From contig DUUO01000005.1 of NCBI GenBank assembly GCA_012841525.1, forward strand, positions 64,104 through 128,103: a DNA stretch of 64,000 bases, given 5' to 3'. Below are positions 10,480-20,066 of this stretch, piece after piece. Every line of letters starts with the position of its first letter. Positions within the stretch are counted from its first letter, which is position 1. This stretch comes from Clostridiales bacterium. Lineage in GTDB: Bacteria > Bacillota > Clostridia > Christensenellales > DTU072. The notes under the pieces were generated by a model. The model had not been told where the DNA came from, did not search any database, and worked only from the letters and a program-made list of their open reading frames with translations. The translations under genes and the position numbers were made by a program.

Positions 10480-13428
10480 ATGTTAAGAGTTAAAAACCTT
10501 GTAAAAATTTACGAAAGTGATGAATACAAAGTTGAAGCATTAAAGAACATAAGTTTATGTTTTAGAAATAATGAATTCGTTTCAATTTTAGGCCCTTCAG
10601 GGTGCGGAAAAACAACTTTTTTGAATATTATTGGTGGTTTAGATAGATATACATCAGGCAATGTAACAATTAGCGGAATATCTACAAAACATTTTTCAGA
10701 TAAACATTGGGATGCTTACAGAAATAATAGTGTTGGCTTTGTCTTTCAAAGCTATAATTTAATTCCTCATTTAAGCATATTAGACAATGTCGCTTTAACA
10801 CTAAGCCTTGCAGGAGTAACCAAAGCTCAAAGGATAAAGCGCTCAAAAGAAGTTTTAGATAAAGTTGGCTTATCAAATCAATACAATAAACTTCCATCAC
10901 AATTGTCTGGCGGACAAATGCAAAGGGTTGCAATCGCTAGAGCTTTGATAAATGAACCTGATGTCATTTTAGCAGATGAACCAACAGGAGCATTAGATGC
11001 AAAACTTAGTATTCAAGTTATGGAAATTTTAAAAGAAATTTCCAAAACAACTCTTGTTATCATGGTTACTCACAATGAAACTCTTGCGGAAACTTACAGT
11101 ACTAGAATAATTAAAATGTTAGATGGGGAAATTACAGATGATTCAAATCCTTTTAATGAAGTAGACGCTATTAAGGCTGATATAGATGAAATTAACGAAT
11201 TGGACATCTTACCTGAGGAGAAGAATCAACTTTTAAAATTACAATTAAAAGATTTAAATGAAATTGAAAATTCAAATAACAAACTTCAAAATGAAAAAGA
11301 AGACAGCGATATTTACAATGAAAATCAAAATATAATTGAAGATCTGAAAAATAAAATTAACAATATGATTTCAGACAATAAAAAATTAGCTGAGGAAAAA
11401 TTAAAATCTAAACCTAAATTTATACAGAAATTACACAGAAAGAAAAAAGACAAGGCCGCAGTAGTGGTTCCATTTAAGGGAACATCAATGAAATACAAAA
11501 CTGCCATTACACTGAGTCTAAAAAACCTTAACTCAAAAAAAAGAAGAACAATTTTAACTACTTTTGCAGGAAGCATTGGAATAATAAGCTTAGCGCTAGT
11601 AATGGCTTTATCGTGGGGCTACCAACAATATATAGAAAAAATGCAAAAAAATGTTTTAGCCTCGGTGCCTGTTTCTGTATATGAGTACACCATGAAGTAT
11701 GAAGACTTCACTAAAATGTTTTCAGGAATTGAAGGTAATGAAGAAAGGCCTTCCGAATACAGTGGTACGATATATTTAGATGATAATAGTTCATCTAATG
11801 CTGATATAGGAGAAATATTAACAAAATTGCTTGGTTCATTTGGATTAAATAATTTAAGTGAAGAATATTTAGATTATGTCTTAAAGTTAGATCCAAATTT
11901 ATATGATTCAATAAATGTTTTACATGGAAATCAATTTAATTTAATAACAAAAACAAAAGATGATTTAGGTAATCTTACATATGTGGATGTTAGTAAAACC
12001 CCTAATGCAACTGGAGCATTAAATATTGGCACAACTGTTTTGGGGGAACAAGGATTACAGACTAATAATTGGCATCAACTTGTAGGTAGCAAAAAATATA
12101 TTGAAGATTACTACAATGTCATAGAAGGTAAATATCCAGAATCAATGAATGAAATTGTTCTTGTTATAGATAATAAAAACACAATTGATATATCAGCCTT
12201 AGAAGACTTTGGTTTTGATGTATATGAACGAGATGATGATGGTAATATTTTATATGAACCAAAAATAGATAAGGAAAATAATATATTGTTAGATGAAGAT
12301 GGAAACCCAATTGATGATCTTGACAAGCCCAAAAAAATCAAAACTATCAAAATTGATGGAGATATTTCAAAAACTTTTGAATCACTAGGAACTTTTAAAT
12401 TAATAAATAATAATGATTATTATTTTAAGTATGAAGATTATTATGTAAGTCCTGCAAACTACGATGATAAATTAGAAGAAAGTTATAATAAATCTAGTTT
12501 AGAATTAAAAGTTGTTGGAATTTTAAAGCCTAATCCTAATAATCCAACAATGGGAAGTATAGTTGGCAATCATTTATGTTATACTCCAGAACTTGCAGAG
12601 TATGTTTATGAAACATCCATTAAATCTGAGGTAGCAAAAGCACAAATTGATGCTATAAAAAATGATAATACCGCTATTTTACCTGGTACAAAACCAATTG
12701 ATCCAGAAAGTTCAAAATCTAAATATAGAGTAGCAAAATTTACCAGTGTTGTAAGAGATAAAATTAATGGTGAAATAAAGACCTTTGAAGATGGTAATGC
12801 TCTTGCTCTTATTGGTGGAGGCTTAAAAGCTACTGCAGAACTACAAAGAATTGGGGCAATAAAAAACCCAAAATTCATTTCAATTTTTGCAACAAATTTT
12901 AACACTAAAAATGAGGTTATTAGTTATTTGGAAAAATATAATGAAGATAAACTTCCAAGGGATCAAATTGAGCATTTCGATATGTCTGAAATGTTTATAC
13001 AAAACATAAGAACTGTTATGAGTTTAATGACAATTGTTTTGCTTGCTCTTGCATCCATTTCTTTAATTGTATCTTCTATAATGATTGGAATAATTACTGG
13101 AAACTCAGTTTATGAAAGAACTAGAGAGATTGGTATGATGAGGGCTTTAGGAGCAAGAAAACAAGATATTGCTAGGGTATTTAATACTGAAACAGGGTTA
13201 ATAGGGCTATTTTCTGGTCTACTCGGTATTGTTATTCCGTATATATTAATTCCATTCATTAACATTGGATTAAAAGCAAGATTTTATGTCTCAAATATTT
13301 TAGTATTAAATCCTTTGCATGCATTTATTTTGTTGATTTTGAGTATGGTGTTGACCTTTATCGCAGGTATAATTCCGTCACAAATGGCAGCAAAACGTGA
13401 TATTGTAAGATCCATACGAACTGAATAG
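10480..13428 (+). CDS. Fused ABC transporter: ATPase + long linker + FtsX/MacB-type permease
   Basis: The N-terminal ATPase has all canonical motifs: GPSGCGKTT, LSGGQMQRVAIARAL, ILADEPTGALD, VTHN. An Asn/Glu/Lys-rich coiled-coil-like linker follows, then TM1, a large extracytoplasmic region and three C-terminal TM helices with an FtsX-like ending (RTREIGMMRALGARKQDI). Confidence 0.85.
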   Translation: MLRVKNLVKIYESDEYKVEALKNISLCFRNNEFVSILGPSGCGKTTFLNIIGGLDRYTSGNVTISGISTKHFSDKHWDAYRNNSVGFVFQSYNLIPHLSILDNVALTLSLAGVTKAQRIKRSKEVLDKVGLSNQYNKLPSQLSGGQMQRVAIARALINEPDVILADEPTGALDAKLSIQVMEILKEISKTTLVIMVTHNETLAETYSTRIIKMLDGEITDDSNPFNEVDAIKADIDEINELDILPEEKNQLLKLQLKDLNEIENSNNKLQNEKEDSDIYNENQNIIEDLKNKINNMISDNKKLAEEKLKSKPKFIQKLHRKKKDKAAVVVPFKGTSMKYKTAITLSLKNLNSKKRRTILTTFAGSIGIISLALVMALSWGYQQYIEKMQKNVLASVPVSVYEYTMKYEDFTKMFSGIEGNEERPSEYSGTIYLDDNSSSNADIGEILTKLLGSFGLNNLSEEYLDYVLKLDPNLYDSINVLHGNQFNLITKTKDDLGNLTYVDVSKTPNATGALNIGTTVLGEQGLQTNNWHQLVGSKKYIEDYYNVIEGKYPESMNEIVLVIDNKNTIDISALEDFGFDVYERDDDGNILYEPKIDKENNILLDEDGNPIDDLDKPKKIKTIKIDGDISKTFESLGTFKLINNNDYYFKYEDYYVSPANYDDKLEESYNKSSLELKVVGILKPNPNNPTMGSIVGNHLCYTPELAEYVYETSIKSEVAKAQIDAIKNDNTAILPGTKPIDPESSKSKYRVAKFTSVVRDKINGEIKTFEDGNALALIGGGLKATAELQRIGAIKNPKFISIFATNFNTKNEVISYLEKYNEDKLPRDQIEHFDMSEMFIQNIRTVMSLMTIVLLALASISLIVSSIMIGIITGNSVYERTREIGMMRALGARKQDIARVFNTETGLIGLFSGLLGIVIPYILIPFINIGLKARFYVSNILVLNPLHAFILLILSMVLTFIAGIIPSQMAAKRDIVRSIRTE

Positions 13429-13493
13429 GTTTCATATATTTAAAATATATGCCTATATGCATTTGTAAGTATAAATTAATTTGTTTTTTGTAT

Positions 13494-13530
13494 AAAAAAA
13501 CTGACCATTTTTGGTCAGTTAATTTTTTTA
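13494..13530. terminator. Bidirectional rho-independent terminator (ABC gene and convergent rpsU)
   Basis: CTGACCA (13501-13507) / TGGTCAG (13512-13518) with a 4-nt loop, flanked by an A-run upstream and a T-run downstream. Confidence 0.7.
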
Positions 13531-13545
13531 TTAAATTAGTTTTTA

Positions 13546-13722
13546 CTATCTGTACATTCTTTTTCTAGCAGCTTCAGCTTTTTTCTTTCTTTGTACACTT
13601 GGTTTTTCATATGCTTCTTTTTTACGTAAATATCCAATTATACCATCATTTGCACATTTCTTTTTCCATCTACGTATAGCACTATCTAAACTTTCGTTTT
13701 CTTTAACATAAACTGTTGACAA
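13546..13722 (-). CDS. rpsU: 30S ribosomal protein S21
   Basis: [18 protein letters not shown]...[16 protein letters not shown] is a typical S21. I place the start at TTG 13722, giving 58 aa, preceded by AAGGTGGTGA. The ORF-track ATG at 13761 falls inside the likely promoter. Confidence 0.85.
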   Translation of the reverse strand: MSTVYVKENESLDSAIRRWKKKCANDGIIGYLRKKEAYEKPSVQRKKKAEAARKRMYR

Positions 13723-14203
13723 TAAACTCACCACCTTTTTTCTTAACTGTGAGATTATCATATATTAATTGGCATTGAATTGTCAAATCTATTGCAACAT
13801 TCTTTTAATCAACTTGTTTAAAAAAAAACATTATAAAACTATTTTTGAGTTGCTATATATTTCAATAAAAAATAGGGCTTGAAATAAAGATTTTTGTATT
13901 TATATTATGAAGTTGATAAGTTTTTAATGTACTCATATGTGTAAATTATTTTAAATAATTGAGAATTTTTTATAATTTTAAAAAATGAGTAGGACTTTAA
14001 TCTTTATTCTGCGTATATGTATAATGTGAGGTTATTGGTTTTGAAACAAATTATGATTTGATTTTATCTATTATTATATACAAATAATTAAGTAAAATGA
14101 CACAATTTTAAAATAAAAATCTTAAAAAAGCTCATTTATATATTAATTATGTGTATAGCGTGAGTTATGTTAAAATTATAAATAAGCGTAAAACAATTAT
14201 AAA

Positions 14204-15991
14204 ATGAGGTTTAATGAAATGTTTAGTAAATCATGGGTTGATGATTTAAAAAATCAAATTAATATTGTTGATATAGTTAAAGGTTATGTTAATTTGCGAA
14301 GAGATGGATCTGACCGTTTTGAAGCTTGCTGTCCTTTTCATTCTGAAAAAACACCATCTTTTAAAATTTTTGTTAAAGATCAAAATTACCATTGTTTTGG
14401 TTGTGGTAAGGGTGGCGATGTTATTACTTTTATAATGGAAAAAGAAAATTTTACATATGTAGAAGCTTTAAAATATCTTGCAGAAAAATATAACATTCCA
14501 TTGCCTAAAATAAATTCGATGTCTAATGATACAAGTGAATATTCTAAATTATATGAAATTAATAAAGAAGCAGCACGATTTTATAGCAATAATTTATTAA
14601 AAAACAAAGATGGTTTGGCATATAAATATTTAATATCAAGAGGTATTAACGAGCCATTGATGATAAAATTTGGACTTGGTTATTCGCCAGGGTATGAAGA
14701 TTTAAGAAATTATTTAGAATCAAAAGGCTACTCAAATGAATCAATGATTAAAGCAGGATTACTAAATCAAAAGTTTGGTGATATGTTTGCTTTTAGATTA
14801 ATTATACCAATAATCGATTATAGATCTCGTGTAATTGGATTTGGTGGTAGAGCAATTAGAGACGATCATCAACCTAAATATAAAAATTCAAACAATAATT
14901 TTTTATTCAATAAAAGTAAAACACTGTATAATATTAATTCAATTAGAAAAAAAGGCAAAAAAGAAAATGATTTCATAATCTTAGTAGAAGGTTATATGGA
15001 TGTAATTTCACTTGCAAAACATAATATTTTAAATTGTGTTGCTTCAATGGGAACCGCTTTGACATTAGAACAAAGCAAGCAAATAAAAAAATATTCAGAT
15101 AAAGTTTATGTTTGTTTCGATGGTGATAATGCGGGGCAAAATGCAGCACTTTCTGCAATTGACATATTAAAACAAAGTGGTTTAGAAGTTTTTGTAATAA
15201 GTTTACCTGATGGTAAAGATCCTGATGAACATATTTCGAGTTTTGGAGTTGATGCTTTTAACAAAGCTATAAAAAATGCTGATGCTTTAATAAATTATAA
15301 ATTACGTATTATAAAAAATAAGCATAATATTGAAACATCTTATGGAAAAGAAATGTTTGCAAAAGAAGCGATAAAAATTTTAGAAAATTTAAATCCAATT
15401 GAACAAGAATCTGCAGTTAAACAAATTTCTGAAATTTCTCAATTTTCAACCAAAGCAATATTTGCTACTTTTGAAGAATATGCAAATAAAGAAAATGTAT
15501 TCAAAAACAACACTCAAAATACCAATCAAACCATAGTAAAAGATAAAGAAGAAAATAAACAATTATATGAAGCAAGCATTTTGGTCCTTTCTAAATTTTT
15601 TCTTAATAACATAGATTTTGCGGATATTAATGCAATTAAAAAAGAATATTTTAATGATATTAATTTAATAGAGATATTTGAATATTTAAAAAAGGTATTA
15701 AATGATGAAGAGAAAAGAGAAATTAGAATAAACGATATTTTTCAAATATCAAGAGATAAAAACTTGCCAAAGCTTCATGAAATTGCAAACTCAATAAATG
15801 AATTAAATCAAAAATCATTAGATTTAAATGTAATAAAACAACAATATCATGAAGGCTTAAAGTTTTTAGAAAAAAATTATTACTTAGGATTAATTGATTT
15901 TTATAAAAATGAATTAAAACTAAATAAAACACCTGCAGAAAAAGAAAAGTTAGAAAAGTTAATTAAAGAAGCAATTCAAAAAATAAGATAA
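14204..15991 (+). CDS. dnaG: DNA primase DnaG
   Basis: Zinc-ribbon CCPFHSEKTPSF...HCFGCGKGGD, TOPRIM region (ILVEGYMDVI, CFDGDNAGQNA). ATG 14219 is an alternative start downstream of GAGG. Confidence 0.9.
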   Translation: MRFNEMFSKSWVDDLKNQINIVDIVKGYVNLRRDGSDRFEACCPFHSEKTPSFKIFVKDQNYHCFGCGKGGDVITFIMEKENFTYVEALKYLAEKYNIPLPKINSMSNDTSEYSKLYEINKEAARFYSNNLLKNKDGLAYKYLISRGINEPLMIKFGLGYSPGYEDLRNYLESKGYSNESMIKAGLLNQKFGDMFAFRLIIPIIDYRSRVIGFGGRAIRDDHQPKYKNSNNNFLFNKSKTLYNINSIRKKGKKENDFIILVEGYMDVISLAKHNILNCVASMGTALTLEQSKQIKKYSDKVYVCFDGDNAGQNAALSAIDILKQSGLEVFVISLPDGKDPDEHISSFGVDAFNKAIKNADALINYKLRIIKNKHNIETSYGKEMFAKEAIKILENLNPIEQESAVKQISEISQFSTKAIFATFEEYANKENVFKNNTQNTNQTIVKDKEENKQLYEASILVLSKFFLNNIDFADINAIKKEYFNDINLIEIFEYLKKVLNDEEKREIRINDIFQISRDKNLPKLHEIANSINELNQKSLDLNVIKQQYHEGLKFLEKNYYLGLIDFYKNELKLNKTPAEKEKLEKLIKEAIQKIR

Positions 15992-16000
15992 GGAGTAATT

Positions 16001-17020
16001 ATGAGCAAAAAAAACGAACAAGACAAAGAAAAAACATTAAACAAACCTAAAAAAGAAGATGCTTTATCAGTTGATTCTGATCAAGTTATAACTGATTTAG
16101 ATAAAGATTCAGAAAAGGAAAATCAGAATTCAAAAAAACCAAAAAAAGAAACAAAATCCACGAAAAAAACAAAAGTTGAAGTAAGTGCTGATGATAGTGT
16201 AAAAATTTACTTAAAAGAAATTGGGAAGGTTGATCTTTTAACAGCAGATCAAGAAAAAGAGCTTGCTCTTACAATAAGAACAGGCACACCTGAAGAAGCA
16301 AAGGAAGCATCAGATAAATTAATTACAGCGAACTTAAGGCTAGTTGTTAGTATTGCAAAAAAATATTTAGGAAGAGGAATGTCTTTTTTAGATTTAGTTC
16401 AAGAGGGCAATATGGGACTAATGAAAGCAGTTGAAAAATTTGATCCTGACAAAGGGTTTAAATTTTCAACATATGCTACATGGTGGATTAGACAAGCCAT
16501 AACTAGATCTATTGCTGATCAGGCAAGAACTATTAGAATTCCAGTTCACATGGTTGAAACAATTAACAAATTAACTAAAGTTTCTAGAAGTTTGTTGCAA
16601 TTATTGGGTAGAGAACCAACTGCTTTAGAAATTGCAGCAGCCATGAACATCACTGAAGCAAAAGTTATTGAAATTCAAAAAATTGCACAAGATCCTGTCT
16701 CTTTGGAAACTCCAATAGGAGAAGAAGATGATAGTTTATTAGGAGATTTCATTGAAGATACTAATGCTGTTCAACCTTTAGAGGCTGCCGAGCAAAATGT
16801 TTTAAGCGATGAAATTCAAAAGGTATTAGATACATTGTCTCCAAGAGAAAAAATGGTAATCTTGCTACGTTATGGGTTAAAGGATAAAAAACCAAAAACA
16901 CTTGAAGAAGTTGGTAAAGTATTTAATGTTACTAGAGAAAGAATTAGACAAATAGAAGCAAAGGCTTTACGTAAATTAAAACATCCAAGTAAACTAATTT
17001 ACCTTCAAGATTTTAGATAA
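16001..17020 (+). CDS. rpoD: Primary sigma factor RpoD/SigA
   Basis: Regions 2-4 are all recognisable: [56 protein letters not shown]. Lys/Glu-rich N-terminus. AAGGAG RBS, 9 nt after dnaG. Confidence 0.95.
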   Translation: MSKKNEQDKEKTLNKPKKEDALSVDSDQVITDLDKDSEKENQNSKKPKKETKSTKKTKVEVSADDSVKIYLKEIGKVDLLTADQEKELALTIRTGTPEEAKEASDKLITANLRLVVSIAKKYLGRGMSFLDLVQEGNMGLMKAVEKFDPDKGFKFSTYATWWIRQAITRSIADQARTIRIPVHMVETINKLTKVSRSLLQLLGREPTALEIAAAMNITEAKVIEIQKIAQDPVSLETPIGEEDDSLLGDFIEDTNAVQPLEAAEQNVLSDEIQKVLDTLSPREKMVILLRYGLKDKKPKTLEEVGKVFNVTRERIRQIEAKALRKLKHPSKLIYLQDFR

Positions 17021-17186
17021 TATTGTTAATTTAATAATAAGCATAACTTATTTTAGATAATATTGGTCAAATGTAAACACAACTTATTTTATACAATATC
17101 AAAGCTAAATTGTAATTGTGTTAATATTATAGCAAGATTTAAGATATGTTAAGCCTGTTTTTTAGGTTATTAGGAGAATTTTATAA

Positions 17187-17960
17187 ATGAAGGTTAAAGA
17201 TGCAATTAATGTAATTGAGGAAAAATTTCCACTAGATTTGCAATTAGATTTTGATAATAGTGGTTTAAAATGTGGCAATATTTGTTCTAATTTAACTGGT
17301 GTGCTTGTCACATTAGATACCAATATTGAAACTATTAAAGAAGCAGTCAGTAAAAACTGCAATTTGATTGTAGAACATCATCCAACAATTTTTAAACCAT
17401 TATATGATCTTGATTTTAATAGTCCCAAAACAAATATACTATTCAATTGTATAGAAAATAATATTTGTCTTTACTCGGCACATACCAATGTAGATGTTGG
17501 AAAAGATGGATTAAATGATTATTTTTTAGAACAAATTTTATGTCAAAATAAGGAACACATCAATAATGAATCTGTAAAAAATTATAGAGTTGGATTATTA
17601 AAAAATAAAATGACTTTGTTAGAATATGTTAATAAACTAGAAACTGTATTTAATGAAAAACTTTTATTTGTAGGTGACCCAAATAAAATTATCAAAACTG
17701 TTGCTTGTTCAAATGGTGCTGGTGGAAATGATGATAATGTATTTTTAACTAGTTCTGTTGCTGATGTTTTTGTATCTAGTGAGTTTAAACACAGTGCATT
17801 AATGTTGGCAAAAAACTTAAATTATGCTATAATTCAAATCAGTCATTTTGCTAGTGAAATTGGTTTTTTAGATTTGATTTTCAAATTATTTACAAAAAAA
17901 ATTAAAAGCGATATGGTCAGCAAATCAACATCAAACATTAATCCTATGAGAGGTTTATAA
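17187..17960 (+). CDS. Nif3-like dinuclear metal centre protein (YqfO/GTP cyclohydrolase I type 2 homologue family)
   Basis: N-terminal ...DNSGL..., VEHHPTIFKP, YSAHTNVD motifs. Conserved neighbourhood downstream of rpoD. Confidence 0.8.
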   Translation: MKVKDAINVIEEKFPLDLQLDFDNSGLKCGNICSNLTGVLVTLDTNIETIKEAVSKNCNLIVEHHPTIFKPLYDLDFNSPKTNILFNCIENNICLYSAHTNVDVGKDGLNDYFLEQILCQNKEHINNESVKNYRVGLLKNKMTLLEYVNKLETVFNEKLLFVGDPNKIIKTVACSNGAGGNDDNVFLTSSVADVFVSSEFKHSALMLAKNLNYAIIQISHFASEIGFLDLIFKLFTKKIKSDMVSKSTSNINPMRGL

Positions 17961-18707
17961 ATGAAGATATCAAACTTAGAAAATTTAAAAGCAATACAAC
18001 AGGTTGAAATGGATATTGAAAACCTAAATTATTCTGTTGCTAGCAACAAAGATTATCAAAATTATCAAAAAACGATCAGTTTTTTGAAAAAATTTAATGA
18101 TGATATAAAAGACAATAAAGAAAATCTTAAACAAAAAGAAATAGATACAACTAAAGCTATTTCTGTTTTAAACGATTTTTATAAAATAACAAATGAGTTA
18201 CTTGAAAAAGCAAATGAATCTATATCACAAATAACAGAAAATGATATATCAATAGATGAATTAGAAGAACTTATAGAAGATTTTAAAAAACTTGATAATG
18301 ATCTAAAAACAAATGCAGAAAAATTAGTTAATTCAAAAAGACAGATATTTCAACTTGAATCAGAACAAGATAAAATAGAAAAAAACATCAAAGATCTCAT
18401 TAAAAATTTTAAAGTTAATAAACTAGAGCAAAAATATAAAGAGTTATATAAAACATATATGGCTGAAAAGGCAAAACTAGAACAAAAATTAAATGGTTTT
18501 TTCAAAGATGCTGATAAAAATGATTTGATTTTATACAAAAAAGTTAAAGATCAAGTCAAAAAATTACCAATAATTGTAAGAAAAAATAATGATCTTTGTA
18601 CGGGATGCAATTTGGAAATTGCTCCAAAAATTCAAAGTCAACTTAACAATAGTGGAGATTGTGCAATTTGTGATGAATGTCATAGAATAATTTATAATGG
18701 AGATTAA
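17961..18707 (+). CDS. Coiled-coil protein with C-terminal C4 zinc ribbon (DUF164/COG1579-like)
   Basis: Long heptad-like Lys/Glu/Asn region ending in CTGCNLEI...CAICDECHRII. The usual partner of nif3. Confidence 0.7.
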   Translation: MKISNLENLKAIQQVEMDIENLNYSVASNKDYQNYQKTISFLKKFNDDIKDNKENLKQKEIDTTKAISVLNDFYKITNELLEKANESISQITENDISIDELEELIEDFKKLDNDLKTNAEKLVNSKRQIFQLESEQDKIEKNIKDLIKNFKVNKLEQKYKELYKTYMAEKAKLEQKLNGFFKDADKNDLILYKKVKDQVKKLPIIVRKNNDLCTGCNLEIAPKIQSQLNNSGDCAICDECHRIIYNGD

Positions 18708-18709
18708 AT

Positions 18710-19897
18710 ATGGTTAAAGTAAACAAAAATTATAATAATTTAAATCAAAGTTACCTTTTTTCAACAATAACAAAAAAGAGAAATGAATTTATAAAAAATA
18801 ACCCAGATAACAAATTAATACGTCTTGGAATCGGCGATGTTACAAGACCACTAACAAAGCCTGTTGTTGATGCACTTGTTAAAGCAAGCTTAGAGATGGG
18901 GGATGCTAAAACATTTAAGGGTTATGGTGATGAGCAAGGCTATGGTTTTTTACAAGACGCTATTAAAAAATATTATAAAGACATCAATGGTGTGTCATTA
19001 GAAAACAGTGAAATATTTATTTCTGATGGAGCAAAAAGCGATATAGCAAACTTTACTGATTTATTTTCTAATGAAAATACAATTATTATCCCTGATCCTG
19101 TTTATCCTGTATATTTAGACAGCAACATGATGCTTGGCAGAAAAATTGTATTAATTGAAGGAAATAAGGAAAACGGATTTAAACCTTTACCATTTGAAGG
19201 CTTAACGGGTGATATTGTGTATCTTTGTTCACCAAATAATCCTACTGGTGCTGTTTATTCACACTCAGAACTTAAATTGTGGGTTGATTTTGCATTGAAA
19301 AATAATATGATAATATTGTTTGATAATGCTTATGAAGCTTTTGTTAATGATAGGAGTTTGCCAAGAAGTATCTATGAAGTTGATGGGGCCGAAAAATGTG
19401 CTGTAGAATTTAATTCTTTAAGTAAAACAGCTGGCTTTACTGGAACAAGATGTGGTTATACAATTGTACCTCAAAATTTGATTTTTGAAGGGAACAATTT
19501 AAATAAAATGTGGCTTAGAAGACAAACTACTAAATTTAATGGCGTTTCTTATATTGTACAAAAAGGCGCTGAAGCTGTATTTTCAGAAGAAGGATTAAAA
19601 TCATGTATGGAAAACATTGAATATTATATGGAGAATGCTAAGTTGATATCAGACACATTAACTAAATGTAATGTATGGCATACTGGAGGCATTAACTCCC
19701 CATATATATGGCTTTCTTGTGGAATGGATAGTTGGGAGTTTTTTGATAAACTTTTGAATGAAGCACAAATTGAAGGAACTCCAGGAAGTGGTTTTGGGAA
19801 ATGTGGTGAAGGTTATTTTAGGTTAACTGCATTTAACACTCGTGAAAACACAATAGAAGCAACAAAACGACTAGAAAAGTTTTTTAAAAATAAATAA
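18710..19897 (+). CDS. dapL: LL-diaminopimelate aminotransferase (DapL-type)
   Basis: N-terminus ...NYNNLNQSYLFSTI...IRLGIGDVTRPL, PLP lysine region SLSKTAGFTGTRCGY, about 395 aa. Confidence 0.85.
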   Translation: MVKVNKNYNNLNQSYLFSTITKKRNEFIKNNPDNKLIRLGIGDVTRPLTKPVVDALVKASLEMGDAKTFKGYGDEQGYGFLQDAIKKYYKDINGVSLENSEIFISDGAKSDIANFTDLFSNENTIIIPDPVYPVYLDSNMMLGRKIVLIEGNKENGFKPLPFEGLTGDIVYLCSPNNPTGAVYSHSELKLWVDFALKNNMIILFDNAYEAFVNDRSLPRSIYEVDGAEKCAVEFNSLSKTAGFTGTRCGYTIVPQNLIFEGNNLNKMWLRRQTTKFNGVSYIVQKGAEAVFSEEGLKSCMENIEYYMENAKLISDTLTKCNVWHTGGINSPYIWLSCGMDSWEFFDKLLNEAQIEGTPGSGFGKCGEGYFRLTAFNTRENTIEATKRLEKFFKNK

Positions 19898-19954
19898 AAA
19901 TATAAAAAAGCGACATTTTTTGTATCTGTAGCAACAGAATTAAACAATTAACAA

Positions 19955-19985
19955 CGCTAAAGGAAGCAACCTTTAGCGTTTTTTA
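19955..19985 (+). terminator. Rho-independent terminator after dapL
   Basis: CGCTAAAGG (19955-19963) / CCTTTAGCG (19970-19978), 6-nt loop, followed by TTTTTT. Confidence 0.75.
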
Positions 19986-20066
19986 TGCATTATTATACAC
20001 TTTTAATATATAATATGTTATCATTTAATATATATTAACTATATGTTTTTATTTTTGGAGGATTTT

